Part shown: one piece after another, positions 18,358 through 27,350 of the stretch | Numbering within the stretch: the first letter of the stretch is position 1 | Layout: each line of letters starts with the position of its first letter | From: Methanobacteriota archaeon | GTDB taxonomy: Archaea > Thermoplasmatota > Poseidoniia > Poseidoniales > Poseidoniaceae | Assembly (NCBI GenBank): GCA_018667575.1 | Contig: JABIUA010000003.1 | Coordinates: 1 to 40,964, forward strand | DNA: 40,964 nt | Direction: 5' to 3' | Notes under the pieces: generated by a model | Seen by the model: the letters and a program-made list of their open reading frames with translations, nothing else | What the model was told of the DNA's origin: nothing | The model's database searches: none | Program-made: the position numbers and the translations under genes

Positions 18358-18984
18358 TCAACTTTGAGTTCTATTTTTCCATTCTTGTTCAAACTGGGCC
18401 CACATCTCTTGTTCGAGTTGTACACGTATTTGAGCTTCCATTTGGGGTTGTAATTCAATAATCAATTGTTCTTGAATTTCATATGCCATTGTTTGCCTTA
18501 CATGAGCCTCTGTGGCACGTATTAATTCTTCCCGTTCCCGTTCAAGCAACTCAGGAGAACTGCCGTTATTTTCATTTTTATTTCTATTTATTTCTGCTTG
18601 TACTACGCGCTCGATTTCACTCATCAACCTCTTGACAACAGCTAATTCCCATTCCTCTCTAGCGCTCGGCGTCAACATACGCGATGCTTCATTTTTCAAA
18701 GTCTGAACAATACGAGCCCGAACCGGGTTTCCAATCTCAAAGTCATGTGCTCCCGAGACAAAGCCAACTAGAGCATCTAACCACTCCTCTTCCTCAAGTT
18801 CATGGCCACAACCAGGGCAGGATATTTCAAAGGAATCAACTGCGAGTAGATTTTCTTCTATGATGGCTTCTTTCTTACCAGCTCTACGTTGTGGGGCTGG
18901 AGTTTCATCTAAATCAAATGAAATACTGGTGCCAAAAGTGCCTTTTTTTGGGTTTATTTCAGGTTCACGGACCATCTTCTTCAT
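18358..18984 (-). CDS. Hypothetical protein with a CPxCG knuckle and E/Q/R-rich helical C-terminus
   Basis: ISCPGCGHEL; RBS AGGTGAG before ATG. Confidence 0.75.
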   Translation of the reverse strand: MKKMVREPEINPKKGTFGTSISFDLDETPAPQRRAGKKEAIIEENLLAVDSFEISCPGCGHELEEEEWLDALVGFVSGAHDFEIGNPVRARIVQTLKNEASRMLTPSAREEWELAVVKRLMSEIERVVQAEINRNKNENNGSSPELLEREREELIRATEAHVRQTMAYEIQEQLIIELQPQMEAQIRVQLEQEMWAQFEQEWKNRTQS

Positions 18985-19007
18985 ATCTCACCTATTTTGG
19001 TGAGATA
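18984..19007 (-). promoter_or_regulatory. Perfect 9-bp inverted repeat covering the RBS
   Basis: TATCTCACC-AAAATA-GGTGAGATA(TG) on the minus strand. Confidence 0.55.
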
Positions 19008-19051
19008 AAAGTTTTACGCCGACAATAATTATTTTTTCACTTTTAGATAAT

Positions 19052-19804
19052 TTAACTAGACAATTCAACAAGTGATTGATTAATGTGTTTTAGTGTAAGA
19101 CGTAAATTATTATCATTGTCAAACGGTAACTGTAAAACTTCTTCTGGATCTTCAAACATCGAGACTAGGTTTTTCGCTACACGTGTAATCTCATCAACAA
19201 TAGTGATGCTTCCCATCTTTGCAGACCTTGAAAGCGGATTAAGGTCTACAACAATTACAGTTTTACCCATTGCAACTAATGCTTCGCATCTGTCTCCATC
19301 TTCTAAGGGAACCAGAATTACATCGCTTAGGAAAATTCCATTGTGACAACATTTGGCTCTAGGTCCTTCAAGCCCAGGTATTCGTGCATCAGGTGAAGCT
19401 CCGAGAATCTCCACATTCAAACCAAATTTTTGTTTGACCTCTTCGAGATGATTCAGCAATACTGACATCCTTTCTGGGGTTCGATAAAAAATATTAACTT
19501 CTATTGGACAATCAAGAAGAGAGGCAAGTTTCATCAACTCTTCTCCAGCAAGTGCGGTTGTATTACCATTGACACTTATCACTGGATTATTAGCTATCTT
19601 TAACCGGTACAGGGCATGCTTTGTTGCAGTCATTGCGGTTTCGATAGTCTTCTCTCCAATCAGATAGTCGTAAGCTTCTCCTCTTCCATGTGCGATTAGC
19701 GCGCTTTCAGCCAACATTCCCTTTTGTGCAGCACTTTCCAAAAGATGCCTTTTCAGTAAGGAATCATATCTTGGATGGCTCGGGTCAGCGGCGAAATCTT
19801 CCAT
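19052..19804 (-). CDS. Archaeal phosphopantothenate synthetase (PPS, COG1701)
   Basis: SHPRYDSL, LIAHGRGEAYDYLIGE, VISVNGN, EVNIFYRT, VPLEDGDRCEAL, DLNPLSRS. Confidence 0.96.
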   Translation of the reverse strand: MEDFAADPSHPRYDSLLKRHLLESAAQKGMLAESALIAHGRGEAYDYLIGEKTIETAMTATKHALYRLKIANNPVISVNGNTTALAGEELMKLASLLDCPIEVNIFYRTPERMSVLLNHLEEVKQKFGLNVEILGASPDARIPGLEGPRAKCCHNGIFLSDVILVPLEDGDRCEALVAMGKTVIVVDLNPLSRSAKMGSITIVDEITRVAKNLVSMFEDPEEVLQLPFDNDNNLRLTLKHINQSLVELSS

Positions 19805-19818
19805 ATTTATTCACCCGG

Positions 19819-20754
19819 CTAATTTAGTAGCATAGAGAGGTCTAGAGGGGCAACCCCTCGATTTAGGGCACTTGTTGAAAGAACATCTAGTCCACATTCA
19901 TACCAATCGGTAAGGCTCTCAAAGATAATCCCTCCACTGGCTTCAAGAATTACACTTTCCCTTAACCCCATATCTACTATTTGAGAGGCCACATCGTTAC
20001 TTCTTTCAGGGCCAAAATTATCTAACATTATGACTAGTTTTGGTTTATCTTCAATTTCTAGTTGATTCCAAATTGCAGCAGCAGTAATTGCTTCTTTTTC
20101 TTCTCGAACTTCAATTTCCAGAAATGCTCCAATCTCGGAGAGTTCAATATTTTGTAGATAGTTGGCGATTCTGGAACTATGGTCATCTAATTCAGGCATC
20201 ATAGTGGCAAGGTCATTTTCCTTTATCATTTTAGCATCGTATTTGTTTAATCGGTGAGTAAACCCTCCACCCATATGAACGGCCCACTTATCCAATAGGC
20301 CCCATACAGTTTTTCTTGTACAGGCAATTTGCCCTTTAGCCAATGAAGTCCAACGTTTTGTTTCTGTAGCGATCCCTGAAAGTTGCCCTAAAATATTGAG
20401 GATACTTCTTTCAACTCCTAATAATGTCTCTCTATCGCCATTTAATTCCGCGATTTCTTCACCTAATGATACCTTTTTTCCGTCGGTTGCAAACCAAGAG
20501 ATTTGAATCGATGGAGCCCAAATTTGAATGAGATGGTCCACCATTGATGTACCAATTATCAAACCATCACCTTTTGCGATAATTTTTGCACTAGTCTTGT
20601 CGCTACCACCCATGAAAGGCATTTCAATACCATCATCAACCAGTATTGTACTAATCCATCTGTCCATGCTGGACAATAACATTCGGCTCGGGCCTTCCTC
20701 AGCGGTCCACAATAAGTGGCCACGGTCATGTGGCAATTGGTTACTAGCCGCCAT
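19819..20754 (-). CDS. nadC: Quinolinate phosphoribosyltransferase (NadC), divergent
   Basis: ERSILN, LSGIAT, TRKT, GGGFTHR, MIKEN, EIEV, MLDNF, EASGGI, DLSM. Confidence 0.88.
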   Translation of the reverse strand: MAASNQLPHDRGHLLWTAEEGPSRMLLSSMDRWISTILVDDGIEMPFMGGSDKTSAKIIAKGDGLIIGTSMVDHLIQIWAPSIQISWFATDGKKVSLGEEIAELNGDRETLLGVERSILNILGQLSGIATETKRWTSLAKGQIACTRKTVWGLLDKWAVHMGGGFTHRLNKYDAKMIKENDLATMMPELDDHSSRIANYLQNIELSEIGAFLEIEVREEKEAITAAAIWNQLEIEDKPKLVIMLDNFGPERSNDVASQIVDMGLRESVILEASGGIIFESLTDWYECGLDVLSTSALNRGVAPLDLSMLLN

Positions 20755-20881
20755 GATTGATGCTAAGAGTTCTCCATCTTCAAATCCCCTATCATTGGAA
20801 ATCTCTGATTTTCTTTATATTTCACACATATTCATCATAGTATTCATGCATCTAATCGGTTTGCCTATGTATGGGAAGGAT

Positions 20882-21895
20882 ATGTCAGATACACTGATTG
20901 GCGGACATATTACTCTACTTTTTACCGTTGAAAAAGATGGTCGTTTATTGAGAAATCAAGGTAGTAGGGGGGCTGGTTTCAATGTTGAGCATGGCGTAAG
21001 AGCCACAGTTTCTCAAATTAAAAATCATAATAATGGCCAAGAAATCATTCTTTCAGCCGGCTCTTCTTTGGATAAGAAAATAGATTCTAAGAATGGAAAA
21101 ATCGAGGTAAGTGTATTTGACATGCACGGTCAAGAGATGGTAGATTCAACCGCTATCTACATTGATTTGGTGGAAGAACTTAGGCATGCTAAATTGTTGA
21201 AAAATAATAATTCATATTCCATCATAGTGAACTTAGATCTCCCTACAAGCCAAGGTTTTGGTATGTCTGCAGCTGGTCTTGTAGCAGTTGCTTATGCTTT
21301 TAGAGAATTAACTGGAAAGGGTCTTGCTGGACAATATCTACGATTATGTCACCGAATAGAAAGAATGCATGGTTCTGGTTTAGGCGACGTTTTAGGAATC
21401 TCAGCAGGCGGTGTTGAAATTAGACTTCAAGCCGGAGCGCCAGGTGCTTCGGGGCGGGCATTAGGATTTGCTTGCCCACAGCAGATTCTATTGGTTTGGC
21501 AACCTTCTGAGAAACGCCACACTTCGAAGTATATCGACGATGCAGAATGGCAAAATAAAATCACCCTTGCAGGGCAAAGAGCAGTTAATAATCTCAAAAG
21601 CGAGTCATGGGGTCATTCACAATGGAATGAAATTTTGAAACAGTCTAGGATTTTTGCTCAGGAATCAGATTTACTTGATGAGCCAGAAAGAAAGCATTTG
21701 CTCAGTACGGTTAGAGACATAGTTAGAGAACTCGAATTACAAACCAAAGTCAGTATTAGGCTTTGTATGCTGGGCGTTTCATTAGCAATATTACCCAGAG
21801 AATTATCAAAACCTTTGAAGAAAGAAGAGCTAGAATTAATCTCTAAACAATTAGATTCACTCGATATAGGTTCAAAGATGACTAAGATTTCATGA
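20882..21895 (+). CDS. Archaeal pantoate kinase (PoK, GHMP family, COG1829)
   Basis: GHITLLF, GSRGAG, LPTSQGFGMSAAG, GSGLGDV, GGVEIR..AGAPG; start set at ATG 20882, not 20528. Confidence 0.92.
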   Translation: MSDTLIGGHITLLFTVEKDGRLLRNQGSRGAGFNVEHGVRATVSQIKNHNNGQEIILSAGSSLDKKIDSKNGKIEVSVFDMHGQEMVDSTAIYIDLVEELRHAKLLKNNNSYSIIVNLDLPTSQGFGMSAAGLVAVAYAFRELTGKGLAGQYLRLCHRIERMHGSGLGDVLGISAGGVEIRLQAGAPGASGRALGFACPQQILLVWQPSEKRHTSKYIDDAEWQNKITLAGQRAVNNLKSESWGHSQWNEILKQSRIFAQESDLLDEPERKHLLSTVRDIVRELELQTKVSIRLCMLGVSLAILPRELSKPLKKEELELISKQLDSLDIGSKMTKIS

Positions 21896-22972
21896 AGAAT
21901 CTATGTTTAAACGAGATACATCTAGTGTGTCAGCATCCAATAATGTGCAGCCAGGAATGAATAAATTTTCACTAAATCCATGTCGATAAACGATTGCTCC
22001 ACTACCCCATTCTTCGATATAGCGATTCATTTGCTTGACCATTTTCTTACGTTGGAAATCAACATCAGCACCATAGAAGTGCTTTGCATCAATCCAAGCA
22101 ATCGGCTTTCCATTAATTTCAACATGGTCGAGTAATAATATGTCGGGAGTTCTAACTGGCCTGCCGAGTTCTTTCTTTTGCTCAGTTACCATTTCTGGCT
22201 GTTTTCTAATTCTAACCCCCTTTGATTCGAACCAATCAGACAGAATGTCCTCGAATAAATCTGCACGAATATGGGTTTCAGTTTGGTCAACATTTGAAAC
22301 TCGATCAGCTGCTTCAGCCATTTCAAATTCTTCACGTTCTCTTGTCGAAAGCTTACTTGGCGTACGCAATGATTCTTTTATTCTAGACTTAGACCATCTT
22401 TTCTCTGCTAGTATAACCCTAAAAATATTCATTGGCGGGAAATCAAATCTTTTTGACAAGTCTACTACATTCACCCCTTCATTGTATAATCTTAGTAATA
22501 CCTTTGAGCGCGATTTTAGTCTGCCATGGCCATATACTGTTTTTTGTTGTAAAAGGGCAGAGCGCAAAGATAGGACTTGGTCTAGGGTCATATTTCTATT
22601 TTTGACAATCTCTGCAATTTCATCAACACGAGCATCATCGAGCCAGCCAAATTCACCCTTACGTATTACGACTTTTGCCATCTCAGCTTCCTCTTTTAGT
22701 GGCACTGGCGAAGTTGGCCATGAGAAAGAGAACTCGCGAGGAATAATTTTCTCTTCTGGAAAGCCCATCAAAGGAGGGGTAATGGTAAAGCGTTGCAATG
22801 CCTTTTCTTCCATTTCCTGGACTATCTTTTTATTTCGCTCGATACGATTTTGTTTGGGAGTAGTTCCATATGGTCTACTTTTGGAGTGATTTCTAGGTCC
22901 CCTGTTAGAATATTTCTTCTTCTTATCATTGCCCTTGGACGGAGATTTTCCTTGGTTACTTCTCTCTGCCAC
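21890..22972 (-). CDS. CDIN1/C15orf41-like (TPD domain) PD-(D/E)xK nuclease-fold protein
   Basis: FEDIL, RTPDILL, IAWIDAKHFYG, QMNRYIEEWGSGAIVYRHGF, preceded by HTH-like helices; GTG start. Confidence 0.8.
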   Translation of the reverse strand: MAERSNQGKSPSKGNDKKKKYSNRGPRNHSKSRPYGTTPKQNRIERNKKIVQEMEEKALQRFTITPPLMGFPEEKIIPREFSFSWPTSPVPLKEEAEMAKVVIRKGEFGWLDDARVDEIAEIVKNRNMTLDQVLSLRSALLQQKTVYGHGRLKSRSKVLLRLYNEGVNVVDLSKRFDFPPMNIFRVILAEKRWSKSRIKESLRTPSKLSTREREEFEMAEAADRVSNVDQTETHIRADLFEDILSDWFESKGVRIRKQPEMVTEQKKELGRPVRTPDILLLDHVEINGKPIAWIDAKHFYGADVDFQRKKMVKQMNRYIEEWGSGAIVYRHGFSENLFIPGCTLLDADTLDVSRLNIDSS

Positions 22973-23014
22973 AATACGAGGTTATCGACGGCCCTCCATG
23001 AATACTACGATTGA

Positions 23015-23536
23015 TTACTCTTCTTCATGCAACTTTTGAGCAATCGGTTTCATCTTAATAATGGCATTCTCTGCTAAGTCATTCAACCATTGTTTAGCAA
23101 TTTGCTTAGCACTGTTGGCTACTTTTTTGCTAAATATTTTCGACCATTTACTAGTTTGCCACCAAGCAGCGATTTCTATTCCTCCCTCCTCTTGCGATAA
23201 GATAGTGATTTCAAGGGACAGAGATTTCAATGCATTACCACTTTTTTTACCGTTTGAGGTTTGACCAAGCCAGTTGAAACGAACCTCGGTGAATTCGGGG
23301 TCATTTCCTATACGAATTTTGGTTACTTCCCACATCTCTTCAATTAATTGCTGCCTTTCTAAACGATGTAAATCAAATCTACTTCCTTCTTTTAATTGCC
23401 CACGTTCTTCTGATAAGATACGCTGAGCAGTAGAATTCCACTGTGGCCAATTATCTAAATCCATCAAGTTAATTACTACATTACGCGATTGTTCGATACT
23501 CAGAATTTTCCGCCAAACGCCATTGGGGGATTGCAT
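23015..23536 (-). CDS. SRPBCC (START/Bet v1-like) family protein
   Basis: LMDLDNWPQWN, LKEGSRF and a terminal amphipathic helix. Confidence 0.7.
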   Translation of the reverse strand: MQSPNGVWRKILSIEQSRNVVINLMDLDNWPQWNSTAQRILSEERGQLKEGSRFDLHRLERQQLIEEMWEVTKIRIGNDPEFTEVRFNWLGQTSNGKKSGNALKSLSLEITILSQEEGGIEIAAWWQTSKWSKIFSKKVANSAKQIAKQWLNDLAENAIIKMKPIAQKLHEEE

Positions 23537-23550
23537 AATTACACAACCAT

Positions 23551-26382
23551 TTATCCATAGATTATCGCTGGACTAAGAGGCATTGCCGAGTTAATACGTC
23601 CAGATTCATCTAAACTGTCTTCGCTTGAAATAATCACTACTTCTTCTAGTCCAAGTTCCGCTCCCAAGAAATCTTTTCTCTGTGAAAGTAGTTCTAATTC
23701 ATCCATAGAGCCTGAAATTAGTAATTTAGATTTATCATCCCACTTGAATATTTGAGGTAGCATTTTCTTGCCCCAAAATCCAAAAATTTCTCCAGAGTTT
23801 TCTAGTTCTGCTAGTTCAGAATCTTTTAATTTCGACATAAATGACTTAACATTTCCACCTTTGTTAACAAATTCGATTGCCATTACAGCAAGTTTCCTTT
23901 TCCACACTGGCGATATGGTTAGAGTAAGTTTTCTTGCAGGACCATCCAAGTGACGTTCAGCAATCGACTTGACTTTACGAGCATTTTCAAGAATATTTCT
24001 CATGACATATTCATCATCTAGTGCTGATTGTTCTTTTGTCGTAAGTTTTTCTAGAGGGGAATAAACAGTATTTGCGATAAGAGTATCATTTCCAATTCTC
24101 CTCCACCATTCTTCAGCCAAGTGAGGCGTCGATATCGAAAGGAGATGCGACCATACGGAGAGTAGTTGCTTTCCTAATTCGCCATTATTTCCGCCACGTC
24201 TTATGTACCAGTTCATGTCTTTGATAAGTTCATAATGGGATATTTCAACGGCCCTTCTCAAATCATAATTATCCATAGATGTTTGAAATTCCTCGACACG
24301 TTGCTTCATTCTTGCCTCTAGCCATAAGTCAATTTTACTCTCTTTGTCGCCCCAAGAAAGAATCTGATTTGGAATTGTTAAAAGTTGTAACATTACCCTA
24401 TGATTGGCTTCTAAGGCTGTGTCCGACCAGTCCATGCCAGCAGTAGGATTTGCAGCAAATAAGATGAACAATCTAACGGTATCAGCACCGAACCTTTCAA
24501 TCATATCTTCTGGTGAAACAGTATTTCCTAGGGACTTGCTCATCTTTGCAGAGCGCAATCCCAATTCTCCGTTACAATGCGGGCAAGGACTCCCCATGTG
24601 GTCGACCGAAAGGGTGATCGAACAGGTTTCACACCATGGCGCTTGCTTGTTGACCATTCCTTGACAGAGTAGTTCATTGAATGGCTCATCAATAGAATGT
24701 AGTCCGATGTCACGAAGAGCCTTGGTCCAGAATCGCGCATAGATCAGGTGCATCTGAGCATGTTCGATTCCACCACAGTAGAAATCAACATTCATCCAAT
24801 GATTGACAATATCTTTCGAGAAACATTGAGAGTTATTTTGTGCATCAGTATAACGCATAAAGTACCATGAAGAATCAACAAAAGTATCCATTGTATCAGT
24901 TTCTCTTCTTGCCATAGAGCCACATTTAGGGCATTCCACATTGACAAATTCTTCACAACCAGCCAGTGGATTTCCTTCTCCAAAAGAGACATTTCTTGGT
25001 AGTTCGACAGGTAATTGTTCTTCAGGAACAGGTATTACTCCACATTCTTTACAGTGAATAACAGGTATTGGAGTCCCCCAATACCTCTGTCGTGAAACCA
25101 ACCAAGGCCTAATTTTCCAATTGATTGTTTTATTTCCCTTTCCATCTTTTTCAAGAGCATTGATAACTGCAGCCTTGGCATCCTCTCCGTAAAGGCCATC
25201 ATATCCTTCAATAGGGGAATTTACCATCCATCCCAGGTCAGTTTCTGCCTTTTTCATTTCTCCAGATGTTTGGTCGTTCTCTTTCATTACCAATGCACGC
25301 TTAATTTTGATACCATATTTGCTTGCGAAATCGAAATCCCTTTCATCATGGGCAGGAACAGCCATTACTGCACCAGTTCCATATGATGCAATCACAAAGT
25401 TACCAGTCCAAATAGGTATTTTTTCTCCTGTCAATGGGTGAATTGCATTTTTCCCAAGCGGAGCGCCCTTTTTCTTATTCATGTTTTTGATTCTATCAAA
25501 TTCAGTCATTACAGAAACTTCATCATATAATTCTCGCCATCCGGATTCGAATTCTGTTCCTTCAGCAAATGACTTTGAGAATTCATGCTCGGGTGCTAGA
25601 GTGATGAAAGTAGCTCCAAAAAGAGTATCAGGCCTGGTTGTGAATACTTTGATTTCTTCTCCTGAACCTTCTACAGTAAACATTATTTCAGCACCTTCAG
25701 AGCGACCAATCCAATCTTTTTGCATTGCAGTAACGTTTTCAGGGAAGTCGATGTCATCTAATCCATCCACTAATTGCTGAGCATATTTTGGAGTATCAAG
25801 GAACCATTGGTTCATTTCTTTTTGAATCACAGGTCCATTACATCTCCAGCATCTTCCGGCCTTTATTTGTTCATTGGCAAGAACAGTATTACAGTGTTCA
25901 CACCAGTTTACAGGTGCAAATTCTTGGTATGCTAGTCCGTTTTCCATGAATTTGGTGAAAAACCATTGATTCCATTTGTAGTAATTAGGGTCATGGCTTT
26001 TTACCATTCTTGACCAATCATAAGAGAACCCCATTCGTTTAATTTGTCCAGTAATTGAAGCCATATTCCTTTCTGTGATGTCATAAGGATGTCCACCTTC
26101 TTTGATAGCAGCATTTTCCGCTGGCATTCCAAATGAATCAAATCCAACAGGGTACAATACATCATAACCCATCATTCTCTTATATCGGGCGACAGCATCA
26201 CCAATGGAGTAATTTCTAACATGACCCATATGCATTTTCCCTGAAGGATATGGGTACATTTCCAAACAGTAAAAAGGCGGTTTATCGTCACTTATTTTAG
26301 CTTCAAAGATTTTTGACTCAGTCCATTTTTGTTGCCAATAGACTTCATCAACGGTCATATCTTCTTCAGTCAAAGTTACCAA
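23551..26382 (-). CDS. leuS: Leucyl-tRNA synthetase
   Basis: PYPSGKMHMGH, FTTRPDT, YGTGAVMAVPAHD, SRQRYWGTPIP, GGIEHA, KMSKS; TTG start after GGAGA, or a downstream ATG. Confidence 0.97.
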   Translation of the reverse strand: MVTLTEEDMTVDEVYWQQKWTESKIFEAKISDDKPPFYCLEMYPYPSGKMHMGHVRNYSIGDAVARYKRMMGYDVLYPVGFDSFGMPAENAAIKEGGHPYDITERNMASITGQIKRMGFSYDWSRMVKSHDPNYYKWNQWFFTKFMENGLAYQEFAPVNWCEHCNTVLANEQIKAGRCWRCNGPVIQKEMNQWFLDTPKYAQQLVDGLDDIDFPENVTAMQKDWIGRSEGAEIMFTVEGSGEEIKVFTTRPDTLFGATFITLAPEHEFSKSFAEGTEFESGWRELYDEVSVMTEFDRIKNMNKKKGAPLGKNAIHPLTGEKIPIWTGNFVIASYGTGAVMAVPAHDERDFDFASKYGIKIKRALVMKENDQTSGEMKKAETDLGWMVNSPIEGYDGLYGEDAKAAVINALEKDGKGNKTINWKIRPWLVSRQRYWGTPIPVIHCKECGVIPVPEEQLPVELPRNVSFGEGNPLAGCEEFVNVECPKCGSMARRETDTMDTFVDSSWYFMRYTDAQNNSQCFSKDIVNHWMNVDFYCGGIEHAQMHLIYARFWTKALRDIGLHSIDEPFNELLCQGMVNKQAPWCETCSITLSVDHMGSPCPHCNGELGLRSAKMSKSLGNTVSPEDMIERFGADTVRLFILFAANPTAGMDWSDTALEANHRVMLQLLTIPNQILSWGDKESKIDLWLEARMKQRVEEFQTSMDNYDLRRAVEISHYELIKDMNWYIRRGGNNGELGKQLLSVWSHLLSISTPHLAEEWWRRIGNDTLIANTVYSPLEKLTTKEQSALDDEYVMRNILENARKVKSIAERHLDGPARKLTLTISPVWKRKLAVMAIEFVNKGGNVKSFMSKLKDSELAELENSGEIFGFWGKKMLPQIFKWDDKSKLLISGSMDELELLSQRKDFLGAELGLEEVVIISSEDSLDESGRINSAMPLSPAIIYG

Positions 26383-26465
26383 CGCCTATCTCCGAGATAA
26401 TACCGCCACGAAACACCCCCCTTTCAATGACACTCTTGATGAGGGGGTAATCATTCACATAGTAC

Positions 26466-27350
26466 ATGGCCAAGAGAATCTCTGTACGGGCTCCCGCTAG
26501 AATTGATTTAGCAGGAGGCTGGACGGATGTTCCTAATTATTGTAATCTCAAATCAGGCGAGGTTGTTAACATCGCAATCAATCATTATACTAAATGTGTA
26601 ATGGATATCGATGATGAGAGAAAAATCAGCCTCTCATATTCAACTGACATGCCAACAGGTTCTGGATTAGGAACCTCTGGTTGTATGAATGTGAGTTTGA
26701 TTAGCACAATATTAGGCTTAGATTACCAGCCAGAAGAAATCGCTGAATTGGCCTACCAATTTGAGGCTCTTCTCGGTAATAAAGGTGGTAGGCAAGACCA
26801 ATGGGCTAGCGCAGTTGGAGGAATTAGCCATCTAACATTCAAAGGGGAGAAAGTCGAACAAAGAGCATTGAACCCTTCTAGCGAATTTACTTCTTGGTTG
26901 GAAGACAGACTATTACTCTTCAATAGTAAAATTACACATGTTTCGGGCGATTTGCACAATGGCATATGGCAAAAATTCCATCAAGGGGATGAGAATATAG
27001 TTGGCGCACTTGATGAATTACGAGATGCAGGATTAGCAATGGCTAGAGCCATCGAAAATGAATCTAAAGATGGAGTCATAAATTCGTTGAAACATGTCAT
27101 GAACGGCGTAGATTCACTTGGTTTAGAATTCCATGAACCTTTCAGAGCTAACATTCAACCACATGTCTCATCAGGAGATATTGTTGCATGGAAGGCCATG
27201 GGTGCTGGTGGCGGAGGGGTAGTAGGAGTTTTATTGTCCGAAGATAGCCTTCGAAATAAAGTGATAGAAGATTTACAATCTAAAAATTGGACACATATTG
27301 AATGGAAAATAGACTCAATAGGGCTCAATAGAGAAGAAATCAATCTTTGA
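26466..27350 (+). CDS. GHMP-family sugar kinase (HddA/fucokinase-like)
   Basis: APARIDLAGGWTD, PTGSGLGTSG, GGRQDQ, GAGGGG. Confidence 0.88.
   Translation: MAKRISVRAPARIDLAGGWTDVPNYCNLKSGEVVNIAINHYTKCVMDIDDERKISLSYSTDMPTGSGLGTSGCMNVSLISTILGLDYQPEEIAELAYQFEALLGNKGGRQDQWASAVGGISHLTFKGEKVEQRALNPSSEFTSWLEDRLLLFNSKITHVSGDLHNGIWQKFHQGDENIVGALDELRDAGLAMARAIENESKDGVINSLKHVMNGVDSLGLEFHEPFRANIQPHVSSGDIVAWKAMGAGGGGVVGVLLSEDSLRNKVIEDLQSKNWTHIEWKIDSIGLNREEINL

Noticed and set aside
20528-20881. 118-aa N-terminal extension of pantoate kinase in the ORF track
   Set aside because: Overlaps nadC on the opposite strand and the divergent promoter gap; family similarity starts at MSDTLIGGH.
22140-22889. 249-aa plus-strand ORF
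   Set aside because: Antisense shadow of the CDIN1-like gene; Ser/Phe/Leu-rich with no motifs.
26417-26447. CCCCCT...AGGGGG inverted repeat upstream of leuS as a T-box or attenuator
   Set aside because: The 83-bp gap is too short and has no T-box sequence; the symmetry fits two back-to-back promoter cores.
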